The notes beneath the pieces are model-generated. The model saw only the letters and a list, made by a program, of their open reading frames with translations, was not told the DNA's origin and did no database searches. DNA of 64,000 bases. Source: Utricularia gibba (lineage: Eukaryota > Plantae > Magnoliophyta). Both the position numbers and the translations under genes were made by a program. This document shows positions 36,692 through 50,215 of the stretch, piece after piece. The stretch is taken from assembly GCA_002189035.1 (NCBI GenBank), contig NEEC01000027.1, positions 62,001 to 126,000 of the forward strand, in the 5' to 3' direction. How positions within the stretch are numbered: position 1 is the stretch's first letter; every line of letters starts with the position of its first letter.

Positions 36692-38822
36692 ATGGAGTTC
36701 TCTCGAATCCTCCTCCCCCACGCCCAGGTACCGTGGAGAGTTCCCCAGCTGCACTTGCGTGCTTCGTTCTCAGTGGCTCTAACCATGACTGTTGAGTTCT
36801 CTTAGGTGGTTTTCATCGTTGCCGTGGCGGTTTTGCTTGAATCGTGCGGTGTCCAGAGTGTGCGTAGCTTCCACTACGCGGCTGTGACTTGTAGAGCCCA
36901 TGGTGCGTCTTTGACGGACTTCGGTGGCGTTGGAGACGGGAGGACGTCCAATACGGAGGCTTTTAGGGCCGCAATAGATTATCTCAGCCACTTCGGATCC
37001 AAGGGCGGATCCGTACTTTTCGTCCCCCTGGGAAATGGCTAACGGGGAGCTTTAACCTCACCAGCCATTTTACGCTCTATCTCCATAGAGAAGCTGTTCT
37101 GCTCGCCACCCAGGTTCGAATCTAAATCGTTTCCCCACTCTTGCAACCGTCCAAAACTCAATCTTTGTGTGTGTTGCGTCGTGCGATGTAGAACGAGCGT
37201 GAGTGGAAGGTAATCGAGCCCCTGCCTTCTTACGGACGTGGACGAGATACCGTCGGAGGAAGATACATCAGTCTCATTTTCGGCACTAACCTTACAGACG
37301 TGGTTATAACAGGCAAGTTGCTCTCATTTTTTGGTTGCACACGTCAAAACAAAAAACGGTGTGTTTAGGAATCTAGAAATGATAGTGCAAGTGCAGATTC
37401 GACCGCCCTTTGAAATAGTTTGAAGTGTGGTTTGTCAGGGGAGCAACTTGTGTGGGGTGTATTCAGACCCACCATATCTTTTCTCAAGTTGCGCAGCTCA
37501 GTATTTGTTTGTTTGTTTGTGTCTCATAACTCATCACAGATTTTTAGGCGTTGTAATCTTGTGTTGGTTCTGGTTCAGGGGACAATGGGACGATTGATGG
37601 GCAGGGGAAATCATGGTGGGACAAGTTTCACAAGGGAGAGCTGCAGTACACGCGGCCCTACCTCATTGAGATTCTGCATTCCCGCGATGTGGAGATCTCA
37701 AATCTCACCCTAGTAAACTCCCCTAACTGGAATGTCCACCCTACGTATTGCACGTAAGAACAAGTTCTTTCTTTTTTATAGTTCATATGCAGTTTTGAGG
37801 GAGTGTAGAACCATCAGTGGGGTTGGGAAAAATAGATTGAATTCGTGATGCTTGAGGATGATGGTGCTGGTTGAAATTGCAGGAATGTAGTTGTGCGAGG
37901 CCTGACGATCCTGGCTCCGGTGCGCTCTCCGAACACAGATGGCATCAACCCAGGTGGGTGGGTGGGTCTAGCTTCTATGTCCTGGTTTGGTTTCATTGAA
38001 GCAGGAGCTTGTGAAGGAAGAATGGGTTGTTAGTTAATTAGCCTCTGCACCGAACATGTCACAGATTCTTGTACCAACACCCGAATTGAGGACTGCTACA
38101 TAGTCTCCGGTGATGATTGCGTTGCCGTGAAGAGTGGGTGGGATGAGTACGGCATAGCATACGGGATGCCGACCAAGACGGTGGTGATCAAACGGCTCAC
38201 CTGCATTTCTCCTACCAGTGCCGTAATCGCCATGGGAAGCGAGATGTCCGGTGGGATCGAGGATGTGAGGGCTGAGGACATCACAGCCATCCACTCGGAA
38301 TCCGGCGTTCGAATCAAGACATCTGTCGGAAGAGGAGGATACGTGAAGGACGTGTACGTCCAGAGGATGAATATGAAGACAATGAGGTGGGTGTTTTGGA
38401 TGACGGGGAACTACGGTTCTCATGCAGACAATCGCTTCGACCCGAAGGCGCTTCCACAGATCCACAACATCAACTACCGCGATATGGTCGCTGAGAATGT
38501 TACCATGGCCGGCCGGCTCGAGGGGATTCCGGGGGACCCCTTTCATGGGATATGCATATCCAACGTCACCGTTAAGATGGCAGCGAGTGCCAAATTATTC
38601 TGGAACTGTACCGATGTCCAGGGGATTTCCATGGATGTAGTCCCTCGTCCGTGCCATGCGCTGCCGGAGCCGGCGAGCAGTGGGGGGCGGTGCCGTTTTC
38701 CGGAGGAGGGTCTTCATCTGGAAAATGACGTGTCGAGGACATGTTCCTACCGGAGGAATGCGAAGAATTACCATGCTGCTAGTGCTACTCTCATCAAAGC
38801 TGCAGCAGCAGCAGGGCACTAG
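36692..38822 (+). CDS. Polygalacturonase (GH28, clade-E-like); apparent 1-nt frameshift at 37024-37028
   Basis: DFGGVGDG, PLPSYGRGRD, TIDGQG, PNTDGINPD, SGDDCVAVKSGWDEYG, RIKT. Confidence 0.93.
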
Positions 38823-39057
38823 AACATGATACTACTACGTTGTGCTGGATGTGAACTACGTACTACCTAATCACTACTTTCTTATCTTCTCCAGAGAGCA
38901 TGGTTACTCGAATCACAGGTTTCTGAGTCCATGTCTGTGATGTATACATATGAATCTGGTTCTGGTTTCAAAGCGGAGAGCTAGGGGAGGTACACGAGGT
39001 GGTGCCTCGTCGAGATTCTTCTAATAACAAAAACAAATTCTTGATTCAAATCGTCCA

Positions 39058-40166
39058 TCAGTAAAGAACGGGAGCGGATTGCCTGGCGATTTGTTCCACC
39101 ATCTCTAAAACCTCAGCTCTACTTCTCACCATCCTGTGAAAAACTTCCCTAACCTGACGCCGGAGCGGATCCACACCTTCCTCCATTTTCCGGCAAACAT
39201 CAACCATCTCCCCAGCTGGGCCTCCAGCTCTGCAGCGTTCTCCTCCTCCAGAGGAAACACAAATTTTTCCGAAAACTCCACCAACGAATTTGCTACTCTC
39301 TCCATTTTCACCACCTCCTGCAATAACCCAGACCCACCTTTCTTCTCCTTTTTCTTCCATTCATCCCCAATTTTGTCCTGTAATCCGATTATGTTCTGGG
39401 TCCAACTCATATTCCGGGGAACTTGGAAATGAGTGGTTAGTCCCGTTCTTTCTTGGCAGGGAATCGCGGCCACCAATACCCACATCACGAAAACGATCAC
39501 CGTGTTCATAACGAATACCGCAGTCGCCGGTCCGTTCGCCTCTCCCCATCGCGGTTGAGATATATTTGCCGACATCGCCTGGATCTGCTTCGCCGCTGAC
39601 CATGATTTCGCTATAGAACACGACAATGACCGGAAGTTTCCGGCTCCAGTTGCCCTGCGTCCGAGAGATTTGCTCCTCTCCGTCGATTTCCCGTGGAAAC
39701 TACCGCCGGAATTCTCCTTATCATCGAAGCTCATCGACGCCAAAAGAATATCGAGTGCCTTTTTGGCGCGGCGAATTTGACCCTCACCGACAGGCTTCTG
39801 ATTCAACGAGGTCACAACAATCTGCGCGAGCCTTTGCCAGTGGATGAGAAGGTCGATGCCGTGAGTGACGGCGTTACAGACGTCCAAAGCCTTGACGTGA
39901 CGGTCAAGATGATCGGGAATTAATCGGTCCAACGGCGGTTTGGAGAATTGCGACGGATCCCGGTCGGAAAGTATAATAGCTTTAAACTCTGCCTCGCAGC
40001 AGAGGAATGCGTCGAGGAGGTAACGGAGCCAGGAGGCGGAGAGAAGCGGTGGTGGTAGCGTAACATCGTGGGTGTCCTCGTCGGGATGCGAGGAGAAGAG
40101 ATCGGAAAAGCGATTGGCGACGTTTTTCTGGAAGAGTTCGATGTCTTGCAGTTGTGGGTCCTCCAT
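39058..40166 (-). CDS. ROH1: ROH1/BPS1-like DUF793 protein, intronless; start uncertain; apparent 1-nt frameshift at 39210-39213
   Basis: ELFQKNVANRF, LDAFLCCEAEFKAI, KALDVCNAV, SWSAAKQIQAM, AIPCQERTGL, REVFHRMVRSRAEVLE. Confidence 0.88.
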
Positions 40167-41276
40167 CGGCGGTTGATTCAAGAAATGGCGGCCTGTCTTT
40201 GGATTGCCGGCACAGCTTTGAAGGTCCTTTGATGGCGGATTTCTTGGGGGGTGAGTTGCGTTTATGGTGCTGGAGAATTTGGAGCGTTCCCATAGGCAAG
40301 GCACCTTCACCGGAGCTCCATCCGTTCCGCCTTCTAATATCTCTGACTTGTGTTTTTGTTTTATAATTAATTACGCCTAATCGTGCATTCGCATTTGATT
40401 ACGGCGCATAGTTTTAAGAGAATTATGATGCCTAATCCCCGTGTCTGGATGGGTGCAGCAGCAACTCTTCTGGGGTGGGGTGCTTCACCCGGACTTGGCG
40501 TATTTGGTTTAAAATGTCGTCTTTGAGACAAGGAATTTTTCCATCTTTTCTTTTATTGGGTAAGAAGACAAGATATAAATGTTGGCTTGGGTGTTAGGGC
40601 AGGGCATGTAAACCCTAACCCTAACCCACACGCTGCTGCTACTGCTACTGCTACGGCTACGGCTACGGCTACTGCAACTCCAAGGAAGAAGGGCAGAGCA
40701 TGCGCATGCACGCACTCGGTCATTCTAGGATACATAGGAGAGAGCACCCCAGCGCCCACCGCCGTGGAATCTACGGAGGTGAGGCAGGTGTTAGGCACCC
40801 AGAGAAATTTAATTTCATTCCTGCTCCCCAAGCGAGCGAGCGAGGCCACTGCAATGCAATGCATAGACACACCCCATCCATTTCACTACTATTCAAGAGA
40901 TATAATAAATATATTATTAATTGCTTTGCTTTGGTGCCTGCGCACGCAACTCCTCAAAATCTGGTGCACTGTGGCGGGTCAAGGAGCCGACTCGCATTCT
41001 CATTCGTGTCTGCCCTGCCCTGCCCCCTCCTAATCCCAAAGCGTGTGGGTTTCTGCTTCATCCACTTTGACTCCCACCAAAAGTCAAACCCCGCAAATTT
41101 ACGTTATATAAAAAAAAAAAAAACACTGCAGATGGAAATGAGCTGGCAAGGGAAGGCCATTGCTTTCTCTCTCTGTCTACATATATACATATATATGCAT
41201 CCTCGAGTTAACAGACAGACCTCTTCTCCCTTTCAACAACTACATAGTCAACCCCAAACCGGGTGCCCTCCCTTTG

Positions 41277-42339
41277 ATGGCCGGATTCAAGATCGGCGCC
41301 GAGGATTGGGGTTTGCATGCCATAGTTCGTGAATCCAGTGGCGAATTCCCAAAATTTTGTGATCTGGAAACAAATGATGATCATTATTCCGCAAGTCCAT
41401 TGTTTGATTTATCCGCCGGCGCTGTCAGCGATCATGACTTCTTCCCCCTTTTTCCGGAGGTTTTTGAAACCTCCAAGGATGACCAACTGGAGGATCTCTA
41501 CAAGCCCTTTTACCAGGTTCCGCCTCATCCTCTTCCCTCGAGCACGGTGATCGATTTCCAGGAGCGAAACCCCGACGATGAGATGAAATCTTCCTCCGGC
41601 AGCGACGCCACCGCCACGGCTCCAGACTACACCCCCAAGTACAAGCGAAGGTAGCTACTGATAAAAAATAAAAGCATAAAATCCTCAGTTCTTATATGAA
41701 TCGTATGGTTGCGGGTGGATATCCAGGAAGAGCCATCAGAAGAGAGTAGTGATTCAGGTTTCTGCAGAAGGGCTGACTTCGGATATGTGGGCATGGCGAA
41801 AGTACGGACAAAAGCCAATCAAAGGCTCCCCATATCCAAGGTACTACTTTGTGTGTAGAACAAAAGAAAAAAAAATCTGTTTTTGCATATCAACTTCTGA
41901 TATATCATTTGTGACGAAATCCAGGAGCTATTACAGGTGTAGTAGTTCAAAAGGGTGTTTAGCGAGGAAGCAGGTGGAGCAAAGCTGCACCGATCCTGAA
42001 AAATTCATCATCACATACACGGCGGAGCATAGCCACAGCCAGCCAACGAGGCGGAATTCGCTGGCCGGGACCGTGAGGCAGAAGTTCCCTCCGGGTAAAA
42101 TCACGCTCAAGAAGGAAAATCTCGACGGCGAGTCGCCGAAAACCCTCCATCATCATCGTCATGAATCACCAGCATCGGCGTGGCCTCTGGCAAGAAGAGA
42201 GACGAACAACAAACAACATGTGTCCGAAAACCAGGTATTTGTTAAGACGGAAGAAGAAGAAGAAGATCATCTGCCTGTGTCTGATCTCATATTCAACCAG
42301 GACTTCTCCGGATTGGAAGAGTTCGACGACTTTTTCTAG
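41277..42339 (+). CDS. WRKY transcription factor group IIe (WRKY22/27/29-like), 3 exons
   Basis: EDWGLHAIVR N-terminus; DMWAWRKYGQKPIKGSPYPR/SYYRCSSSKGC..HSH; TRRNSLAG. Confidence 0.93.
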
Positions 42340-43584
42340 AAGTTGTTTCTTTTTTGTTCTTTTTTACACATTAACAATACATACATTACTCATCTGATTC
42401 AACAGGGAAAAAAAAAGGAAGATGGAGCATTCTAAGAATAAATTGTGATTTCATATGTACAAGTACTTGATGATCTTATTATCAGTTTCTTTCTCCCCAG
42501 GGAGTGCAGCAACGTCGTATATGGACATTAAATTACGTCCAACGAATGAATAGTTTTCCTCCATTAATGCTATTCTGGTGTGGACTGTGGAGTGTAAATA
42601 GGTGAATCTGGTTTCTTGTCCGCCTTTTTTTTTTTTGTTGTTTTTTCTGATGAAGATAAGATTAAGGAATACTGTGGCAAGAGCTTAGCACGTGTGTAGC
42701 AGAGCGGGCACAGCCCCAAGGAAGGAAGGCCTTGCTGCTCCGGATGGCATGTAGCCGGCGGCGAGTGGGTGTAATCAGACAGAGCTAGACTCCATCCTCC
42801 AAGTCCAAGCAGGCCGCTCTGGCGGGGGTGCTCGGATGCAGTGCAAAACAAACCCCCACTGAGATGCACATGGAAAAGTCTTCCCACACGAGGTAGGCTG
42901 CCTAAACTATGAAGAAAACAAATACCGATTTGTGGAATATGGACTAAGCTATAAATAGACCAACTCATACCCTAACAAACTTGCAAAATATAATTACGTA
43001 GAGGTAGAGAGGGCCAGGGCCAGGGCCACTCTATTATTTTCAAGTCATTATTGTCCATGTATCTGTCTGTACCCGTTCCAAGTTCCAAGTTCCATCCCCA
43101 TGGTGTCAAGCCTCTCAAAGCTACAACCATCACAACTGCCATGCTCAAATGATGGTCAAAGGTACCAATCCGGATCGAACGCCCCCGTCTGGAGCACAGG
43201 AAAAGAACCACACAATTACTGGAGGAGGGCAGCCAGCCAGCCAGCCAGCCCGCAGACCCAGACCATCTTGGTATTAAAACCCCTAATCAGGCCCCCCACC
43301 CCCACCTCGGCATATGCAACTTAGTAGTGGGAGTACTTTTTTTCTCTCATTGTAAGTAAAATTAAAAGGAAACTGCAGTAGGAGAGGTTGGGCGCCCAAT
43401 ACACATGCGGCCACGCACACGCCTGCCCCAAGAAGTTGAGCGGATCGAAACTAAGTGGTTGAACAGTTGTTAGCTTCCCGCAATCAAGCACTATATAGAA
43501 GAGGAGAACACTCGGCCCTCCAGTCTAACACTTTTTTTTTTCATGTATGATTGAGCGAGCAGCGAGGTCTCGCATTCCCATCAC

Positions 43585-44221
43585 ATGGAGCCCCAATTTA
43601 CGCACGTTTCCGATGCGTTCGACACGTCCCTGTCGGTGAGTGAAGCTTCTCCGGATGTGTTAGGCCGAACCTCACTTGAGCAGCCACTATCTCGCACTGA
43701 TCCAAGGGGTCCCTTGTCGTCCATCCCCAGCATCGACCGAATTCCAGTCGATTCACCAGTTCCTGGAGATGCAGAGATGGTCGGGGAAACCACGGAGAGA
43801 ACTGGCAAGAAGAAGAAGATGCACACTCCTGGAATTGCAAGGGTGGCTTTCCATACCACAAGTGCGGAGGATGTTCTGGATGACGGATACAAATGGAGAA
43901 AATACGGCCAAAAATCTGTGAAGAACACTTCACATCCAAGGTACCAACGAAGATCCTTCCGTTCCACGTAAGTTAACTATACCATGAGTGTACAGTACGT
44001 AGTCACGCCTTAACTTGATGTTCTGGAATGACCACACCCAAAGGAGCTATTATCGCTGCGCCCATCACACTTGCCTCGTCAAGAAACAAATCCAAAGACT
44101 GTCCAAGGACACGAGCATTGTCGTGACCACGTACGAAGGAATACACAACCATCCCTGCGAGAAGCTCATGGAGACAATGAGTCCATTGCTCAAGCAACTC
44201 CAGTTTCTCTGCGGACTCTGA
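43585..44221 (+). CDS. WRKY transcription factor group IIc (WRKY24/43/56-like), 2 exons
   Basis: [25 protein letters not shown]; [26 protein letters not shown]. Confidence 0.93.
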
Positions 44222-44393
44222 GCAGGTGCTGGAGACATTGACGTCTGACTTGTGAGGTTTCGTGTTGTATTTAGACTTTGAAGGCCACCAACAAGTAATT
44301 GTATTTACAACAAGCATTTACGAAGGCAAGAAGAAAACTGAGATAATCAACAAATTGTGCGAGAGCATGCATGGCTGGGTTGTGGCTGGACCT

Positions 44394-46113
44394 TCATTTC
44401 ATCAGATCTAAGAACACGAACCCATTCCACAAACTGTGCAAGAGCATGCACGGCACCAGGTTCCTCGACCGTGAGTACGTTACACCCATCACGGTTCCGA
44501 GAAAAATCAATGGCAGCATTCTTTGGATGTTGAAATGCGCCAAGGCGAAAGCAACGGAACTGACTAAGATGGACAACCCCACGGGCATGTACCTGGTTAA
44601 CGAGGGTAGAAGGAAGCCTCGGAACACGACTTCCTCCCACAGGGGAGCACACACGACTAAAACCAAAGCATACAGGGACATTGCAATTGGATCACGTGCC
44701 ATGATGGACTGCTCAACGCTAGAAAGGGTAACCGGAGTGGAGGGCAGGACAGGCAGTAAGTTCATGTTGAATTGAGAGAGGTGGTTAACTAATGGAAACA
44801 TGAAGCATCCTACCAGAACATCAACAACCCAGTTCCCCCTCAGAGTGAACTTGAACCAGTCTGGTGGAAGAGGTCGGAACCGAGATAAACAACGATGAAG
44901 GATTAGGATTCCTGCTACACCCTCTGCTACATCAGTTAGCAGACTGAACAGTGCCTGCCCTCGAAAAGTAAGTGCTTCCTTTCTGAAACCAAATAAATGA
45001 GCTCCCACAGGGATCATCCAGGAGCCAACAAGCCAGAATGACGTGATCCACAGGAGCACTACCTGTGGCATCAGGGTTTTATCCATTCACCGCAATATTC
45101 ATCTTTAACTTCAAGCCCTAAACAACCAAGAAATAGAATTCTTATTTTACCTGAGCAATAGTCTCAGCAGTCCATGGGACAGACCACGGTTTTCCAACTA
45201 CTCTAAAAAGCACACCGACAGCCTGCAAAAGGATTTCATAACCTCAGTGAGAGACATCTATCATAGGCCGGTCTCGCCCTTCCTATGTTTCTTAATGAAC
45301 TGATTCCCGCGTTTATCAACCTTCTGTTGCAAAAATATAAACTTGAAGTGATTGTGCTGGCATACTAACGAACTAAGAGATCAACACTAAATAAACACTC
45401 ATTTCTCAGGAACTGTGAGCATGCAACTGACTGCGCCAACTATAAGTGCGAAGAGGGTACAGTATCTTCACCTCCTTAAAACTGGTAAGAAGATTTCTTT
45501 TCTCAACACTTGATTGCTTAGTCTCTCTGTTTTGTGAATGGATGCACAGTTCCTCGGCTGTCTCTGGATTAGGAGTGACAGAAGGAACTTCGTCATGCTG
45601 AAAGGATGAGACTTTCCACCTCTGAAACACAAAAAAATGTACAGCCAAACACTATCAGTACAGATGGATCGAGGATGTGCAAAAAAGCCTATTAGTCAAT
45701 AGATTTTCCTCAGACCTCAGAAACGTCTACTCACACAAACGAAAAAGAAAGTCCAAGGCACTGAATCATATTTCTTAAAGATTATCAAATCGTAGCGGTT
45801 TCAAAGATACAATGCGGATCGCGTGTAAACCCCGAAAGACTGGACGACCACAGAACATGGGAAAAAAAGGCAGATTGCTAAACGTTTGTTCGATTTCCGA
45901 ATGCAAACATAAGCAAGGGCAGCCAAATTTTTCCTCAAAAATACAAACAATCACCTTGTTCGAGAACTTGAGCTGAGTTTCAGAATCACTACCAACTCTC
46001 CAAGGAGGAGAAAGAAAACACCTGGAGGAGAGCCCGGGAGGCCATAATTTACGGTTCGAAGTAGATATGAGAGGGCGCAAGTGTCGAAATTGAACACAGT
46101 TTGAGCCAAGCAT
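44394..46113 (-). CDS. CPBP (CAAX protease/Abi) family membrane metalloprotease, probably plastid-targeted, 4 exons
   Basis: APLWEEVVFRG (EExxxR), FALAHF, HSLWNG motifs; KPWSVPWTAETI exon; Ser/Arg-rich N-terminus. Confidence 0.9.
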
Positions 46114-46806
46114 CAGATTGCTGATGGAAGGCAGAAGTAAAGACTAGATCTTGGGGACGACGGGTGGCCTAAATTCTGTGCATGTTGCGCATGGCAGAAA
46201 CCCTAATTTCTCAACAATTGGGCGCCTCTCGATCGATGCGGTAAAGAGCAGCCAGCCATTTGTCCGCATCCGCAAAAAGATTGTCTGGATACCGTGAGGA
46301 AAAAAAAAGAAATATATATACAAAAAGAGAAAAGAATGTAGAATCCAATAAGTAACAAGCCAAGCCTATGTGTAGCTTAAGGCATATCACAGGACAGGAC
46401 GGGAAGGGAGCAACCAGAACTCATGAAACAGTCTTCTCCTCCAGCGAACTAACCCAGACCAGACCAGACCAGACCAGACCAGATCAGACCCGCATTCGCA
46501 TTTGCATTTGCATTTGCATTTGTTTGTTGTTGTGCAAACTTACAATGTGGGACCCAGCTCCGGATTAGGTGGGAAGAGCAGCACCCAGTCCCATCCCATG
46601 TGCCACCCAGTGCGCCACATTTATTGTATAATGACATGCGCAAACTGTATATCAACATCTAGTCTAGTCTCCGCCTCCGGAGGGCGCGTCAAATTTGAAC
46701 ACTACTGGACCACACAGGAAAAAAAAAAAAAAGGGAGGACAACAACATCTTCCCAATCAAGTGGAGCAAAGAAGCAGTTGGATCATGGACGAGCATCCAC
46801 ATACTA

Positions 46807-47370
46807 TCACCAGCATTCGTACAGCTTGATTTCTACGCGAAGCCTGAAGTAGATGCTTCCCTCAAAGGAGTCCGTCATCAGAGTGGCCACACCTCGAGCC
46901 ATGAGGAAGTCGCCCGTCCCTCCGATCACCGAAATGTCCCTCGTCTTCTCCATCAGCGGATCCGCTCCCGCGAAGTTGATGGACCCCCGATGATGGGTCG
47001 AGTTGAGGACGAAGGAGAATCCCAGCCACGCAGTGAAAACATCCTTCCGATCGTACAAGTAGAACCCTTGTGCTCTACCCACCTGCGGCGAATGCAGGTT
47101 GTTGTCTAGCGTGATCGGGTCGTCGAAAACCACCACGTTGCCAAAGTGCCCTTGGTCGGAAAGGGTGGTGTGGTTGCCCCAAGAAGGGGCGCCCACTATG
47201 GCCGACGTTGCGTTATGCCCATTCTCACCGTTGTACAGAATGTCGTGGAAGTACAACACCAGCTGCTTGCATGGGACGCGGCTGCGGTGATTCAACCCGG
47301 TTGCGTTGACGGGGCCGGAGCCACCACCACCGAGGAGGAGGAGGAGGAGGAGGAGGAAGTGCAGAGCCAT
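46807..47370 (-). CDS. DIR: Dirigent protein, DIR-a subfamily, intronless
   Basis: Signal peptide; [38 protein letters not shown]-terminal ECW. Confidence 0.96.
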   Translation of the reverse strand: MALHFLLLLLLLLGGGGSGPVNATGLNHRSRVPCKQLVLYFHDILYNGENGHNATSAIVGAPSWGNHTTLSDQGHFGNVVVFDDPITLDNNLHSPQVGRAQGFYLYDRKDVFTAWLGFSFVLNSTHHRGSINFAGADPLMEKTRDISVIGGTGDFLMARGVATLMTDSFEGSIYFRLRVEIKLYECW

Positions 47371-47739
47371 TGTGGAAGAGGATCCAGGTGCCAGTACTTA
47401 TGGGTGGAGCCTGGTGCCCGGAGGTCCTCATAATGGCATCGGTTTCGGATGCCTCTTCTTTCGATCACCCGTCGGTTTCAGGGAGGTTGCGAGGTAATTT
47501 GCCGGACACGCATTCGTGGGGTCCACCGATGCTACTCCTTTGAAATAAATGGGGGCCCAATGCCAAACCTTATTGGGCCTAAATCTGCCTCCTCTCTACT
47601 TTTGATCCGCCCAAATCAACCCCACTGGCCACTGGCGCTGTCTGGGGGGGAGATCCTCGCGGAAGGGATTCCTTCAAACTGCTCCTCTTTAATTGCTCAA
47701 ACGAGAGCTATGTGAAGGGCGATTTTGCATGCCATTGCC

Positions 47740-49773
47740 ATGAACGTAGCTTCGATTTCCTCTCGTCTTCGAGTGAAGTTTCCACAAGCGTTATTCGCAG
47801 CGCGCCGATTCGTCGTTCTCGCTGGTTCTCGATATCACCAGGGAAGCGCCAATGTCGGAAAGCGACAGCAACAGCTTCAAAAAAACGTATCGAGAGCTCG
47901 AGATACGATCAGGAAGCAGTTTTCATCGCTCGCCCCGGTTCTTTCTACCGATGAAAAGCTTTCGCTCATGGATAATCAAGCCGTCGGTATGGTTGCGGCT
48001 TCGCAAGCTAATTTTATGCGTGTGATCGTGAATTCAGGGCCTGAAGACGAGGAATCTGGTGGCCTGGGTGTGGAACTTCTTTGCGTGGTGAAGGCTGTAC
48101 TGAAGAAGATAAAGAGGCGAGTGGTTGTTGGAGATCGGGTGTTAGTAGGGTCAATTGATTGGATTGATAGGAGAGGAATGATTGAGAATGTGTTTGAAAG
48201 GAAGACTGAGCTTCTGGATCCTCCAGTAGCGAATGTGGATGGTTTGCTTCTGCTCTTTTCCTTCGAGCAACCAAAACTTGAGCCGTTTACACTAACAAGG
48301 TTTCTTGTTGAGGCTGAATCAAGTGGAATTGAGTTCTCTCTTGCATTGAACAAGGCAGAGCTCGCTGATAAGTCGGTAAGAATATGCTACTCTGGAGCAT
48401 TGATTGCTTTAGTGACTCCTCATTCTATTTTGGTTTAGGATTATAGACTTTCAACAGTATCCAAACGGTTGCTAACATGAAATTTGCATCGATTGAGTAT
48501 ATTTGAATTTAGTCGTACATTGGCGTCCTGTAGGTCATCATTTCAGATTACCTTTTATACAAAATATATTTGAATTAGCTTCTTCATTGAGCTGATTTCA
48601 GTAGCTCGAGTAGGTGATTGGTTCACCTAACAACTTTGATAGCACTAAGTGATTAGTTTCATTTTGAAGTGAAAAGGTGCCGAGTTTTTTTCGCAAACTG
48701 ATGGCCTGCTGTTCGGGCACTTGTTTGTCATCTCTTGAGTTATCATCTCATTTTGCTGCATATCCTCCCTATCAAAAGACCTTGAGCGATTGGAAAGCAC
48801 GTCTTCGAAGCTGGGGATATGAACCAGTAATCTGTAGTATTGACACAAATCAAGGCCTGGATACACTCCAATTCAGACTAAGAGACAGGACTTCTGTAAT
48901 TGTCGGGCCAAGCGGTGTTGGAAAATCTAGTTTGATCAATGCTTTGAGAAGCAGCAAGTGTAGTCTAGATACTGCTGATAATTGGTTTGAATCAGTAAGT
49001 TTTCACTTTTTTTTTTTGAGTTTTTCTATCCTTCTCATTTCCTCATGTCCTTACGAAGGCCGTCCCCCTTTTTGTTCAGGTATTAGGTAGCAAGTGGTAT
49101 GAAGAGCAACTTGTTGGGGAAGTATCCAAGCGCAGTGGAAAAGGCAAGCATACGACTCGAAATGTGTCATTGCTTCCATTGTCTGGTGGAGGATATCTTG
49201 CAGACACTCCAGGATTCAACCAGCCCAGTCTGTTGAAAGTCACGAAACAGTCACTGGCTAAATATTTTCCGGAGGTACCATCCCCTTAATTTCGTCCTTA
49301 CATCCCCATCCAACTTCCATCCACCGGGTGCCTGAACCCTCTTTTCTTCAGATACAAAAAATGTTGGAAGCTCAGGAGCCGCTAAAGTGCGGATTTAAGG
49401 GATGTTTGCATCTAGGGGAACCTGGGTGTCTCGTCAAGGGTGACTGGGAAAGATACCCCTACTACTTTCAACTTTTAGATGAAATCAAGGTAAGAGAGGA
49501 GTTTCAGCTGAGGACAGTAGGAACTAAACGTGAAGGTGACGTGAGGTATATTCGTTCCAATGAATTCTTTACAAAGTTATGTGCAGTTCTAAAGAGTTAC
49601 TGCTATCTTGACGGGGTGGGTACCCTGGAACTCGATTTAGGATCAAGGTTGGAGAACTTGGTGTACAGCATGCCGAGCCTAGACTCGAGCCAAAGAAGCA
49701 TAGAAGACAATCCCGGAAGACGGTGAACCAATCCTTGCTTGAAGAGCTGTATGAACTCGAGGATGACGATTAG
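47740..49773 (+). CDS. RsgA: Organellar RsgA/EngC circularly permuted GTPase, 5 exons
   Basis: OB-fold VVGDRV; NKAEL before GPSGVGKSSLIN; GKHTTR; DTPG; Zn site CGFKGCLHLGEPGC. Confidence 0.93.
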
Positions 49774-50215
49774 CCCAAGCCACAGGATGGAAGAACCCGC
49801 TATCCAGTTACTGGGATCAAACCAGGCTCGCACCTCACGACATGTTAGTTAGTGTACATAATCTCTACTTTCAAGCACCCTGCTGACAAATGAAACAAGC
49901 ATTTTCATCCCACTCAAGTTTTCAATTTGAAAACGTCTTGCATATATGACTGACTCCCTGCCTGCCTGCCTGCCTGTTCGATTTCGTGCTCTCAAACTTG
50001 GTGTTTTTTTTTTTTGCCCTTTATTCGCTCCCTTCTAAAGCGCGATTTATTACGCTGAGAACTCAATTACAATATGGAAAGGGTTCAAGGCACAATCTTT
50101 TTATTAATTTAAGCAAACAATGCAACGCGAGGGAGTGCAAGATCCAACAGGAGAAAAAAACAAGTGAAGTGAAGCTCACTCATGAACCGCAGCAACAAAT
50201 TCAGCATTTGCTGCG

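Noticed and set aside
40610-40627. AAACCCTAACCCTAACCC telomere-like repeat
   Set aside because: Under three units; compatible with a telo-box or microsatellite.
46543-46553. USE-like GTCCCACATTG on the minus strand
   Set aside because: Followed by a (CAAATG)n microsatellite, with no TATA box.
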